Virus record (IMG/VR): IMGVR_UViG_3300030433_003165
Span: 1-32,570 of that record
Strand: one strand, 5' to 3'
DNA length: 32,570 nucleotides
DNA from: a virus
Lineage: Duplodnaviria; Caudoviricetes
The notes under the pieces are model-generated. The model was not told where the DNA came from, ran no database searches, and saw only the letters and a program-made list of their open reading frames with translations. Position 1 is the first letter of the stretch, and the number at the start of each line of letters is the position of its first letter. Positions 7,501-16,613 of the stretch are shown piece after piece. A program made the position numbers and the translations under genes.

Positions 7501-10500
7501 TCTACTATGATAAAGACATTCTGGTGGACATCAAAACCATTGGAAATGGTAGCTTCAACTATCTCCCAATCGAGTTCACCATCAATGGCCCCATCGGTGT
7601 AAACACTGTTGCAGGACAAGACTTCCAGTGTAAAGCTCAACCATTGTTTAGAGGATCTATTCACTCTGTTGACCTTACATCTAATGGTGTTTCTTATGGC
7701 TCCTCTGAGATTATCAACTTTAACAGACAACCCAATATTGAGTTCAAGAGTGGTAAGGATGCACAACTTACTCCAATCATCAGTAATTCAAGAATTGTTG
7801 ATGTTGTTGTTAATGATGGTGGTTCCGAATATAACTCTCCTCCTAACCTCATCATTCATGGTGAGGGTGGATTTGCTGCCCTGACACCAATCATTGACAA
7901 TGGACGAATTGTCTCTGTTTCTGTTCAGAATGGTGGATTGGGTTATATCTCTGGAAGCACGAAGATTGAAGTAAGAGCTGCAGGTCAGGATGGATCTGCT
8001 GAGGCTGTCATTAGAAACTGGAATGTCAATGTCTTTGAAAGAGATTTTGAAAACATTGATGTAGATGATTGTTTCGTAAGTGAAAGTATTGATGATACCT
8101 CTCTTGAGATTTCTCACCTCTACGCTCCTAGACCACTAAGATCTAACACATATGTCAACTCATCATCAGGTGAGACACAATATGGTATTAGTGATCTGAC
8201 ATTGTCTGGTGGTGTTGAGAGAACAAGTTCTTATCACTCTCCTATTATCGGTTGGGCGTATGATGGTAATCCCATCTATGGGCCTTATGGTTTCACCGAC
8301 CCTCAGGGTGGTAACATCTCTCAGATGGTCTCTGGTTATGAACTTATTGACAATCCAACAAACAGACCTCCCACATCACTGTTCCCTCTTGGCTACTTTG
8401 TAGAGGATCACATCTTCACTGATAGAGGTGACCTTGATGAACACAATGGACGTTTCTGTGTCACTCCCGATTATCCCAAGGGTAGATATTGTTACTTCTC
8501 CACACTTAATACATTCTCTGTAGATTCTACTGGACCATTCAAGAACTACAAGAGACCTGTATATCCATATCTGATTGGTGATAGTTTCTATTCAAAACCC
8601 AATATCAACAACTTCAAGGTCGAAAGTAATCAAGTTGATTACAACTTTGAAGATGGTGAGTGGTTTAGAAACACACTGGCATATCACACTAATGATGATG
8701 ATAGTGGTTACGAATATGTCTTCAATTCTGATAAGGAAAGACATCAATCATTGGATGTTGTAAGTGCATCTAAGGGTTATGTTGAATCTATCGGTATCAC
8801 GACTGGTGGTATTAATTACAAAGTCAATGACCGTATCAACTTTGTAAATGAGGCTACTGGTGGTTTTGATGCTCAAGCCAGAGTTGAGAGGGTAACAGGT
8901 TCTGATATCAATTATTTGAATTATGATCAAACTCAAGTAGAGAACATCGAGTTTGGAACTATTCTGAGTCTCAATCAATTCATTGGATTCTCAACAGAAC
9001 CTATTCCTTTTGTTAATTTTGAGAATGTAACTATCTCTGGTCTTTCCACAACCTTCAATGGTTACTCTGGTACTGTCAATGCCAGAATCGGTATTAGGAC
9101 CGATAACTTTGTTCTGACACTTGGTGTTGGCACAACTGGTCAGACTGGTCTTACTACTTACTTCTACATCTCTGGAGATCTGGGATATCCCACACTCCGT
9201 GAGAATGATATTCTCGGTATCGGCACAGAAAATGTAAAAGTTCTGAATATTGACGCAAGATCTAGAAGAATCAGAGTTAGAAGAGAGTATGATGGAATAT
9301 CTTGTGGGTTGGCTCATACCAACACATCCATTCTGTTTGAAGATCCCCGTAAGTTCCGTATCAATGTCGGAGCTCTGAAGACTTCTGTTGCACTCGAAGT
9401 CAACAAGGAATACTACTTCATTCCCGAAGAGGTTGTCGGTGTAAGTACAGTTGGTATCGGTAGTACAATTGTATTCTCCAACCCTGGTGTTGGTATTACA
9501 CAGAAGTTCATTCCTGCAAAACAAATTTACCTTCCCAATCACGGTCTGAATGTAAATGATAGACTGTATTACAACAAACAGGGTGGAACTGCAATTGGTG
9601 CATGGAACGGCATCTCTACCGTATTCAAGACACTCGATGACTATGACTTCTTCTACGCTGGCCCAGTAAACAGAGACTTTATTGGTCTGTCAACGAATAA
9701 GATCGGTCTTGGAACAGAAGGTGAGTATGTTGGTGTAGGAACCACCAGTGGTCTCCTGATGTTTACGTCTGTACCTGGTGATGACTACCATAGTTTCGTA
9801 ACTGACAAGGATAACGTTCTGACTGGTGATGTCACAGTTACTACAGTCAACGTAGCCACATCCAGTACACATGGTCTAGAGACTGGTGACAATGTCTATA
9901 TGACAGTCAAACCAACCAACACTAGAACCATCAATGTTCAGTATGATAACTCCACCAGAAGGATTGTATTTGATCCTAAGAGTATCACAACAACAAATAT
10001 CATCAAGAATACAATCACGATCACTGGTCATGATTTTAAAGAGGGTGATAGAGTTCTGTACAGACAAGGTGGTTCTGCAATCGGTGGTTTGACCCACAAC
10101 ACACTGTACTATGTCTATCCTTATGATAGTAATTCAGTTCAGTTGATCAAAGAGAAGTATCAACTGTCAGAATCTAGACCACAAGTTGAGGATATCACCT
10201 CGACTGGAACTGGTACTCTACTGAAGGTCAATCCTCCTCTTACTGCAAAGAGAAATGAGAAACTTAAGTTCGATCTCTCCGACTCTTCACTTTCCTTCGT
10301 TGTTAGTGGTGTTCGATATACTGCATTTGAACTAAGATTCTTTACTGATAGTGATTACTCTAATATCTTTGACACCACAGAAACTACATCCACATTTGAA
10401 GTCACTCGTTCTGGAAACGCTGGTATTGATGTTGATGCACATGTCACTCTCACCATCTCTGACGAAGTTCCAAATAATCTGTGGTACAAGTTTGTTCCTA

Positions 10501-13500
10501 TCAATAATGATATCATCACTGATGTTAAGAACGACATTGTTATTGACACTGATGTCAACTCCAACAATTCAATCAATGTAGAGAAGACTAAGTATGATGG
10601 TCTTTATACTCTGACTGGTGTTGGTGACACAACATTTACTTACAATATTAGTGAAACACCTGATGTTCAACTGTATAATGTTGAGAATGCTATTTCTGAG
10701 TATGAGACAACCTCTTTGACTGCATCTGGACCTATCAGTCGTGTAAATCTTCTTGATCAAGGTGCAAACTACGAAGTAATTCCTGGAATTTCTACAATCA
10801 TCAGTGACAATGGTTCTGGAGCAATCCTCAAGGCCAACAGTAACAACATTGGTAGGATTCAGAGGGTTAAGTTCAACTCTCACAGAATCGGATTTGACTA
10901 TCCTACTGATGAGACACTTAGACCAGTTGCTAACCCACCTGAAATTCTTGAACTTGAGTCTCTGACTTCGTTTGAATCCATCGGTATTAGTTCTGGTGGT
11001 AGAAATTATCTTGTGGCTCCTGATCTGGTCGTTCTTGATGGTTTCACTAGAAACAAAGTAGAAGACCTCGATATCTTCTATCATCTTGGTGACACCTCAG
11101 TTACTATCAACAAGAACACCACTGGTCTTTACAATGTAACTCCAGAAATCATTCCAGTCAACAACTCCAATGGTGTTGGTATTTCTAATGTAATCTACAC
11201 TTCATCCACTAAGAGTGTCAGGCTTATGCTTGACTCAACATTCAGTGACGCAAGTGCTTTCCCATACAATGTGGGATCTAAGATCTTCGTTGAGAACCTC
11301 AATGTTGGTGTCGGTTCTACAGCTAGAGGATATAACTCTGAAGATTACAGTTATCAGTATTTCACTGTCACAGCATCTGATGCTAACCTTGGTGGTGGAC
11401 CTGGTGCATATGTTGATTACTCACTCAAGGATTATCTGAATGATACAGATGTACCAGGACAGGTTGATCTTGATATCTCTGCAGGTAGAGTAATTCCTGT
11501 AACTCACTTCCCCATCTTTGATGCCAAAGTGACGAAGAACAACTTCTTCGAGAATGAGGTAATTCTGTATCAAGGTAAGCGTACGGGAAGAGTTGAGTCA
11601 TGGAATAATGTAACCGAGATTCTTAAAGTTGATACTCCTAAAGAATACTCACTTAATGAAACAGTCAGAGGTTTGACATCTGACACTCAGGCTGTCATTC
11701 GTTCTAAACTTGATTTTGACGCTGAGATTACTACAGGTGTTGGTGCAACAATTACCTATGGTTGGCAGAAGGCAACTGGTTTCCTGAACGATAATCTTCA
11801 GAGAATTCCTAATAACGAATATTATCAGAGTTTCTCCTACTCCATCCAATCACAAGTTCCTTATGATAGATGGGAAGATCCCGTAGCATCTTTGAACCAC
11901 ATCTCTGGTTACAAAGAGTTCTCAGATCTTCAGGTTGTATCAGAGGAAGAAATTCCACTGGGTGTTGCACAACCATTTGATTCCAATGTAGAGACTACAA
12001 CCGATATTGTCGGTGTTGCAGCTTTGTATTGTTTCTATGACTTTGACTTTGTGACTGAAAACAATAACTTGATCAATGGTCAGGTTACTTCGGATGAGAT
12101 CTTCTTTGAGAACAGAATTCTTTCTGATTACTTCCAGTCAGTTGGTAACAGAGTTCTGGACATTGATGACTTCTCTGGTGAGTTCTTCAGTAATGAAAGA
12201 CCTACAAAGTACAGTGATATTGAGGCATTCAACTTCAATGATATCTACAACAAGGTCTTTACCTTTGTAAGAGATAGAATCTTTACCGATGAGAGACAGT
12301 CCTCTATCGTATCTCTAATTCAGAATGAACAGATTGGTTACATGCAAGAGTATGCAACCATGGAGACATATCCTGAACTTGGATACTTTGATTATTTCTC
12401 AACGGCTGATGGTTGGAACCTTCAGTTCCACCCAATTAAGTTCGCCAACAACATCTATGATACTTCTACGGTTTCTGTCAGTATTCAGGACAATGTAGTT
12501 GGTGTTGGTAGTACCGCACTTGGTACTGTGGCTCTGATGGACAGTACTCAATCAACTGTCGCTAGTGGAGTCACTACTTCTATTGTCACTATTCCTTCTT
12601 CTAACAGATCTGTCAAGGCTGTTGTACTTCAACAGGATGGAGAAGGTGATTTTGCCTCAAATGAAATCAACTTGATTCATGACGGTACAGATGTCCATAT
12701 GTTGGAATATGGTCAGATGCAGACCAAGTCTGGTCAGTACGCATCTACTGGATTTGGTACATTCGGTGCAAGATTGTCTGGTGGTAATATTGTCCTCGAC
12801 TTCACTCCTAATGTAGGAACTGCAGTTTCCACTAATACTTCAATCATCGCACTGTCTGATACAGGAACTGGTATTTCTTCTATCACATTCCGTGAGTCCA
12901 GACTGAACTCCAATTATAAGGCCATCTCGGCTTCTGGATCTCCTTCGGCAAACACAATCCTTCAGTTTGAGGAACCATATTCGACTGGTTACTACATCGT
13001 ATCTGTTAAAGATACAACGAACAATCAGTATGAATTGTTTGAATGTGCGGTCATCGCTTCTGAGTCAAATGAGGCATTCGTAGAGTTTGCAAATATCTAC
13101 ACTGGTGGAAGCATTGGTCAAATTGGAGTTACCTCCACGACTAACTACACCAATCTCACCTATACACCTAATCCAAATGCAGCTGTACAGGTTAGAACCT
13201 TCGGTATTGAACAGAAGATCTACGACGACAACAACGACGCAACACAAATGGATCTGAACAATGTTCAGGTTCAGTCAGGAACAGGTTTGTATAGAGGTAC
13301 GAAACTTGATCTGAGAACTGCGTTTGACCTGAAACATGATGGTCTTCCAATCTTCAGAAGACAGTTTGAGGGAGCTGAAGCCACTTCATTTGACTTTGAT
13401 GAGAACATTCTCTTCATCAATGAACACTTCTTTGTAACTGGTGAGAATGTCACATATTCCTATGGTGGTTCTTTGACAGAGGAAGCCATTGGTATTAAGA

Positions 13501-16500
13501 CTACTAATGTAACTGGTATTGGTACAACTGACAAACTTCCTAGAGATTTGTTTGTCGTTAAGATTGGTGACGGTAGTGTCAGGTTCGCGGAGTCTGCAGC
13601 GAAGGCAAACAAACTCAATCCTGAGGTCTTTGAATTCACTTCTGTTGGTATTGGTACATCTCACCATATCACGGCTAAGAAACAGAACTCTAAGGCTCTG
13701 ATCGCTGTTGATAATATGATTCAGGCACCTCTGGCCGAAACAAGGGTATCTACAACACTGACTCAGAACATCGTATTTGATTCACAATTCACACTCGCAG
13801 GAATTACATCAATCGCTGCGGCCGATATTATTCGTATTGGTGATGAGGTGATGAGAGTCGTTAGTGTTGGTGTGGGTGGAGCCTCCAATGTTCTTGTTCA
13901 GAGACAACAACTTGGTACGGCACTTGAACCACATAACAGTGGAGCAACTGTCACAAAGATGACAGGTTCTTACAATATTGTTGGAAGTACGATTAACTTC
14001 GTCTCCCCTCCTTATGGAGCTATTCCTCTTTCTACCACAAGTTCTGCACCTTCTGAGAGAGACTACACTGGACTGACGACACATTCTACATTCCAGGGTA
14101 GAACATTCATGAGAACGGCTCCCGTCAATAGTACGAGAGAGACATATTACGCTAACCACGTCTTTGATAATGTTTCCAATGAATTCACTGGTATTCGTAG
14201 TGAGTTTAGATTGACCCAAGGTGGTCAGAATGTCACTGGTTTCTCCACTGATAACGCTATCATCCTGATCAATAACATCTTCCAGGAACCACAAGGAGCT
14301 CAAGCTGATCAAGGCAATCATGATCTTACTGAAGTTTCTGGTATTTCTTCTATCAGATTCGATGAGACATCTGCAGCATATGGATATGATCCCAACAGAA
14401 CCAATCTTCCTATTGGTGGATTTATTGTGTCACTTGGATCTACCGAGGGTGGTGGATATCAACCTCTGATTGGGGCTGGTGGTACAGTCACAGTATCCGC
14501 AGGTGGATCGATCACGGCTGTCAGTATTGGTAACTCTGGATCTGGTTATAGAAGTGGTCTTGGTACCATCTTTGTCGGTGTTCAGACATCCAGTCTCGGA
14601 ACTCCTAATATCACAACGATTGGTACGGCTACCATCTCGAATGGTAATGTCACAGGTGTGACTATCACTAACGCTGGTACAGGTTTCACAGGAACAGATC
14701 TTCCTGAACTGGTAATTGATGAACCACATTCCTACACGAACATTCCTCTTGTTTACAGTAGTTCTTCGGTTCAAGGTGTTGGTCAATCAGCTACTATCGA
14801 TATTCAAGTCGGAGCTGGTGGTTCAGTTATTGACTATCAAATCAAACAAGAAGGATTTGCATATGGTAATGGTGAGATCCTGACTGTTCCTGTTGGTGGT
14901 GCAACTGGTATTCCTACCAGTGGAACATTTAGTGAGTTCCAAGTCACGATCGATGAAATCTATAATGATGACTTCAATGGATTCTCCATCGGTCAACTTC
15001 AGGTTCTTGATAACTTCAACTCTAATTTTGATGGTAAGACGAGAACATTCAGATTGTCTGTAAATGATCTCCCACTGTCAATTCAGTCGGCACCTGGTTC
15101 TCCAGTTGAGGTTGATAAGACACTTCTGATCTTCGTCAATGATATTCTCCAACAACCTGAAGTAGCTTACAACTTCACTGGTGGTGGTACTGTTGAGTTC
15201 GTTGAACCTCCTCAACCTGGTGATACCTCTAAGGTCTTGTTCTACAAGGGTAGTGGAGACATTGATGTTGTCTTTACTGACATCATTGAAACAGTTAAGG
15301 TTGGTGATAGTTTGAATATCAACAACAATCCTGAGGTTGGTCAAACTATTGCACTTGATCAAGACGAGAGAATCGTTGTTGGCATCAATACGATTGACTC
15401 TGTATCAACTAACACATACAACGGTCCTGGTATCACAGATGACACAACTCTGTCGAGACCTGTCACCTGGTGTAAACAACAAACTGATTTGATCATTAAT
15501 GGTCAAGAAGTTGCCAAGGATAGACCTGATTATGAACCTCAAATCTATCCTACCTCTTATCTGATTCAACCTGTTAGTACTTCTTCCACATTTGCATATG
15601 TTGATAGTGTAAGACCTCTGTTTGATTACAACTCAGAGTCTAATGATAGAGACTTCCAGAATAAGATTAAGATTATCTCTCAGAATGCTGCAGAAGGTGC
15701 AAAAGCTTCAGTGGGTCAAATTGTATCTCTTGGTACTATTGCTGATATCAAGGTAACTAACCCTGGAGTAGGTTACACAGTGACTCCTAATGTAAGTATC
15801 GCTCCTCCTCTTAATGGAATCACAGCTACGGCTACGGCAACACTGAGTGGTAATACCATTGATAGTATTACCGTCACCGATGGTGGTACAGGATATACAT
15901 CTGATAATCCACCTATCATTCATGTTGGTGAACCAACTGTGGTAAGAGAGGAGATGAATGTTGACGCTTACAGTGGTGATTTTGGTGTCATTGTTGGATT
16001 TGCATTGTCTACAATCAGTGGACAGAATCAAATCATTCTTGATTTCTATATTCCTACTGACTCTCCAATGAGAGACAATAGTGAAGTTGGAACTGGTATC
16101 ACAGTCAGTGGTATCGGAACTGGTGATTACTTTACAGTATTCAACTCCAGTATTGATCCTACTGTGACCATTGATTCTGAAAGAATTGACGGAACTCAGA
16201 TTGGAATTACTACAGACTTCATTGATTGTGTATATCAAGTCCAAAGCACATATACACTTGAGAAGAATGTTATCGGAGTTGGAAACACCACAGTAAGAAG
16301 AGTATTGACTAATGTTGGTAACATTTCGACCGAAGCATTCTCTTCTTCTTTGATTACATTTGATTCGTCTACATTTACCTTTGATACTAGAACCTTCACA
16401 GTATACGCAGGTGGAATTAGTTCCGCTTCTAATATGGGAAGATTTAGTTGGGGTAAGATTGAATTTGAGGGAAGAACGGCACCACAAGAATTTGATTTCT

Positions 16501-16586
16501 ACGGTGACAACGGCATTATCGGAATTAGTACCTCTGGTCTTGTTTCGAGATTTGCACCCCTTAAGTTCAGGGACTATACATCATAA
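4515..16586 (+). CDS. g7: Giant gp7-like baseplate wedge protein, 4023 aa, multi-domain
   Basis: Lies between g6 and g8. N-terminal FP.Y..EDFP...F.KQYY and FYKSKGT..SFKILFR.LFGE; later YYQ.FSY.IQS.VPY..W...V.SLNH.SG. Contains a YHYH-like domain and many repeats. Confidence 0.85.
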   Translation: MAVDRVKFQDIVESQFPRYVLEDFPLLPEFFKQYYKSQEYQGGTFDLIQNIDQYVKVDQLFDLKSSTTLNGDLDYTATTIPTSSLTDFTDGFPETNGLIKIDDEIIHYESISNNSFVNCTRGFSGITTYVSGHMPDSLTFEDTETDTHEDGATIQNLNIIFLQEFFKKLKNQVVPGFNERSLNSGVDQRNFIYNVDSFYKSKGTDQSFKILFRALFGEEVEIIKPSEFLFRPSDADYKVTQDYVVESIIGDPLQLKNLTLFQDSTGARGSVSDVNPITFGDGQYYQVSIDYGFARDISVRGSIFGEFQPNPKTKILNTIGAGVTIIDVDSTIGFPETGNLVLEDSVGDLVAIAYTGKSVNQFFNVSGVAEEFVKKTNIRLDDQSYAYVGVDTSNPIQVRITSTLKEFKLNDDSYSYAEGDTINIQSLGIERGDERSQNWYSNVKTQWNIESIDLVDELEQSYNITLFDNHFLRPGYEIILISNSGLQLPGVVIRSSSSTSFLTKLAANIGSIQYNKVENQILKGDSGKYPKLNEFIGNVQNVYQKFNGDVAVASNSIPNYSNIFTDPYDKKITFSGSSDDQETLVVATSGDHGFVTGDAIIYKPGIIKTTTISPDGITITQETESKFQNVDENVYYIKRVNSTSFKLARSRADIFSNKYVSLSGEVVDNQFVYFDFSNKNVSPQSIVREILTPDNKSGNYETDPGYTGILINGVEILNYKSSDSIKYGDIRSLEITGAGEGYDVINPPVLDIVDGYGSGAEGVVSVEGSLEGINIIDRGFDYLEPPTVTISGGSPDVEAKAEVNMTSIVHSLTFNSEFTAKRVNIGNDTIGFSTFHKLNEGDKVQYDAKDGTPIVGLSTNAYYHVSIVDTSTIKLHKTVRDAAAGINTVDIQGFGTGVHAITAVGGRSIVSNIVITNPGSGYKNRKRNIPAAGINTAQNRFEITNHGYSSGEIIKYSTTSSGIEGLSTSEEYYVVKVDDDNFSLSLVGTGNTDKRFYYDKDILVDIKTIGNGSFNYLPIEFTINGPIGVNTVAGQDFQCKAQPLFRGSIHSVDLTSNGVSYGSSEIINFNRQPNIEFKSGKDAQLTPIISNSRIVDVVVNDGGSEYNSPPNLIIHGEGGFAALTPIIDNGRIVSVSVQNGGLGYISGSTKIEVRAAGQDGSAEAVIRNWNVNVFERDFENIDVDDCFVSESIDDTSLEISHLYAPRPLRSNTYVNSSSGETQYGISDLTLSGGVERTSSYHSPIIGWAYDGNPIYGPYGFTDPQGGNISQMVSGYELIDNPTNRPPTSLFPLGYFVEDHIFTDRGDLDEHNGRFCVTPDYPKGRYCYFSTLNTFSVDSTGPFKNYKRPVYPYLIGDSFYSKPNINNFKVESNQVDYNFEDGEWFRNTLAYHTNDDDSGYEYVFNSDKERHQSLDVVSASKGYVESIGITTGGINYKVNDRINFVNEATGGFDAQARVERVTGSDINYLNYDQTQVENIEFGTILSLNQFIGFSTEPIPFVNFENVTISGLSTTFNGYSGTVNARIGIRTDNFVLTLGVGTTGQTGLTTYFYISGDLGYPTLRENDILGIGTENVKVLNIDARSRRIRVRREYDGISCGLAHTNTSILFEDPRKFRINVGALKTSVALEVNKEYYFIPEEVVGVSTVGIGSTIVFSNPGVGITQKFIPAKQIYLPNHGLNVNDRLYYNKQGGTAIGAWNGISTVFKTLDDYDFFYAGPVNRDFIGLSTNKIGLGTEGEYVGVGTTSGLLMFTSVPGDDYHSFVTDKDNVLTGDVTVTTVNVATSSTHGLETGDNVYMTVKPTNTRTINVQYDNSTRRIVFDPKSITTTNIIKNTITITGHDFKEGDRVLYRQGGSAIGGLTHNTLYYVYPYDSNSVQLIKEKYQLSESRPQVEDITSTGTGTLLKVNPPLTAKRNEKLKFDLSDSSLSFVVSGVRYTAFELRFFTDSDYSNIFDTTETTSTFEVTRSGNAGIDVDAHVTLTISDEVPNNLWYKFVPINNDIITDVKNDIVIDTDVNSNNSINVEKTKYDGLYTLTGVGDTTFTYNISETPDVQLYNVENAISEYETTSLTASGPISRVNLLDQGANYEVIPGISTIISDNGSGAILKANSNNIGRIQRVKFNSHRIGFDYPTDETLRPVANPPEILELESLTSFESIGISSGGRNYLVAPDLVVLDGFTRNKVEDLDIFYHLGDTSVTINKNTTGLYNVTPEIIPVNNSNGVGISNVIYTSSTKSVRLMLDSTFSDASAFPYNVGSKIFVENLNVGVGSTARGYNSEDYSYQYFTVTASDANLGGGPGAYVDYSLKDYLNDTDVPGQVDLDISAGRVIPVTHFPIFDAKVTKNNFFENEVILYQGKRTGRVESWNNVTEILKVDTPKEYSLNETVRGLTSDTQAVIRSKLDFDAEITTGVGATITYGWQKATGFLNDNLQRIPNNEYYQSFSYSIQSQVPYDRWEDPVASLNHISGYKEFSDLQVVSEEEIPLGVAQPFDSNVETTTDIVGVAALYCFYDFDFVTENNNLINGQVTSDEIFFENRILSDYFQSVGNRVLDIDDFSGEFFSNERPTKYSDIEAFNFNDIYNKVFTFVRDRIFTDERQSSIVSLIQNEQIGYMQEYATMETYPELGYFDYFSTADGWNLQFHPIKFANNIYDTSTVSVSIQDNVVGVGSTALGTVALMDSTQSTVASGVTTSIVTIPSSNRSVKAVVLQQDGEGDFASNEINLIHDGTDVHMLEYGQMQTKSGQYASTGFGTFGARLSGGNIVLDFTPNVGTAVSTNTSIIALSDTGTGISSITFRESRLNSNYKAISASGSPSANTILQFEEPYSTGYYIVSVKDTTNNQYELFECAVIASESNEAFVEFANIYTGGSIGQIGVTSTTNYTNLTYTPNPNAAVQVRTFGIEQKIYDDNNDATQMDLNNVQVQSGTGLYRGTKLDLRTAFDLKHDGLPIFRRQFEGAEATSFDFDENILFINEHFFVTGENVTYSYGGSLTEEAIGIKTTNVTGIGTTDKLPRDLFVVKIGDGSVRFAESAAKANKLNPEVFEFTSVGIGTSHHITAKKQNSKALIAVDNMIQAPLAETRVSTTLTQNIVFDSQFTLAGITSIAAADIIRIGDEVMRVVSVGVGGASNVLVQRQQLGTALEPHNSGATVTKMTGSYNIVGSTINFVSPPYGAIPLSTTSSAPSERDYTGLTTHSTFQGRTFMRTAPVNSTRETYYANHVFDNVSNEFTGIRSEFRLTQGGQNVTGFSTDNAIILINNIFQEPQGAQADQGNHDLTEVSGISSIRFDETSAAYGYDPNRTNLPIGGFIVSLGSTEGGGYQPLIGAGGTVTVSAGGSITAVSIGNSGSGYRSGLGTIFVGVQTSSLGTPNITTIGTATISNGNVTGVTITNAGTGFTGTDLPELVIDEPHSYTNIPLVYSSSSVQGVGQSATIDIQVGAGGSVIDYQIKQEGFAYGNGEILTVPVGGATGIPTSGTFSEFQVTIDEIYNDDFNGFSIGQLQVLDNFNSNFDGKTRTFRLSVNDLPLSIQSAPGSPVEVDKTLLIFVNDILQQPEVAYNFTGGGTVEFVEPPQPGDTSKVLFYKGSGDIDVVFTDIIETVKVGDSLNINNNPEVGQTIALDQDERIVVGINTIDSVSTNTYNGPGITDDTTLSRPVTWCKQQTDLIINGQEVAKDRPDYEPQIYPTSYLIQPVSTSSTFAYVDSVRPLFDYNSESNDRDFQNKIKIISQNAAEGAKASVGQIVSLGTIADIKVTNPGVGYTVTPNVSIAPPLNGITATATATLSGNTIDSITVTDGGTGYTSDNPPIIHVGEPTVVREEMNVDAYSGDFGVIVGFALSTISGQNQIILDFYIPTDSPMRDNSEVGTGITVSGIGTGDYFTVFNSSIDPTVTIDSERIDGTQIGITTDFIDCVYQVQSTYTLEKNVIGVGNTTVRRVLTNVGNISTEAFSSSLITFDSSTFTFDTRTFTVYAGGISSASNMGRFSWGKIEFEGRTAPQEFDFYGDNGIIGISTSGLVSRFAPLKFRDYTS
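5922..13470 (+). repeat. Dispersed protein-level repeat H-G/x-[FLY]-x-x-G-[DE]-x-[VI]-x-Y in gp7
   Basis: His codons at 6288 (HGFVTGDAIIY), 7020 (HKLNEGDKVQY), 7350 (HGYSSGEIIKY), 9540 (HGLNVNDRLYY), 9870 (HGLETGDNVYM), 10029 (HDFKEGDRVLY) and 13425 (HFFVTGENVTY). A degenerate copy starts at 5922. Confidence 0.8.
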
Positions 16587-16592
16587 TAAATA
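16585..16592 (+). promoter_or_regulatory. T4-type late promoter (AATAAATA) overlapping the g7 stop
   Basis: TAATAAATAAC at 16584-16594, about 20 nt before ATG 16614. Confidence 0.75.
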
Positions 16593-16613
16593 ACTTTACC
16601 ACATAGAGATACC

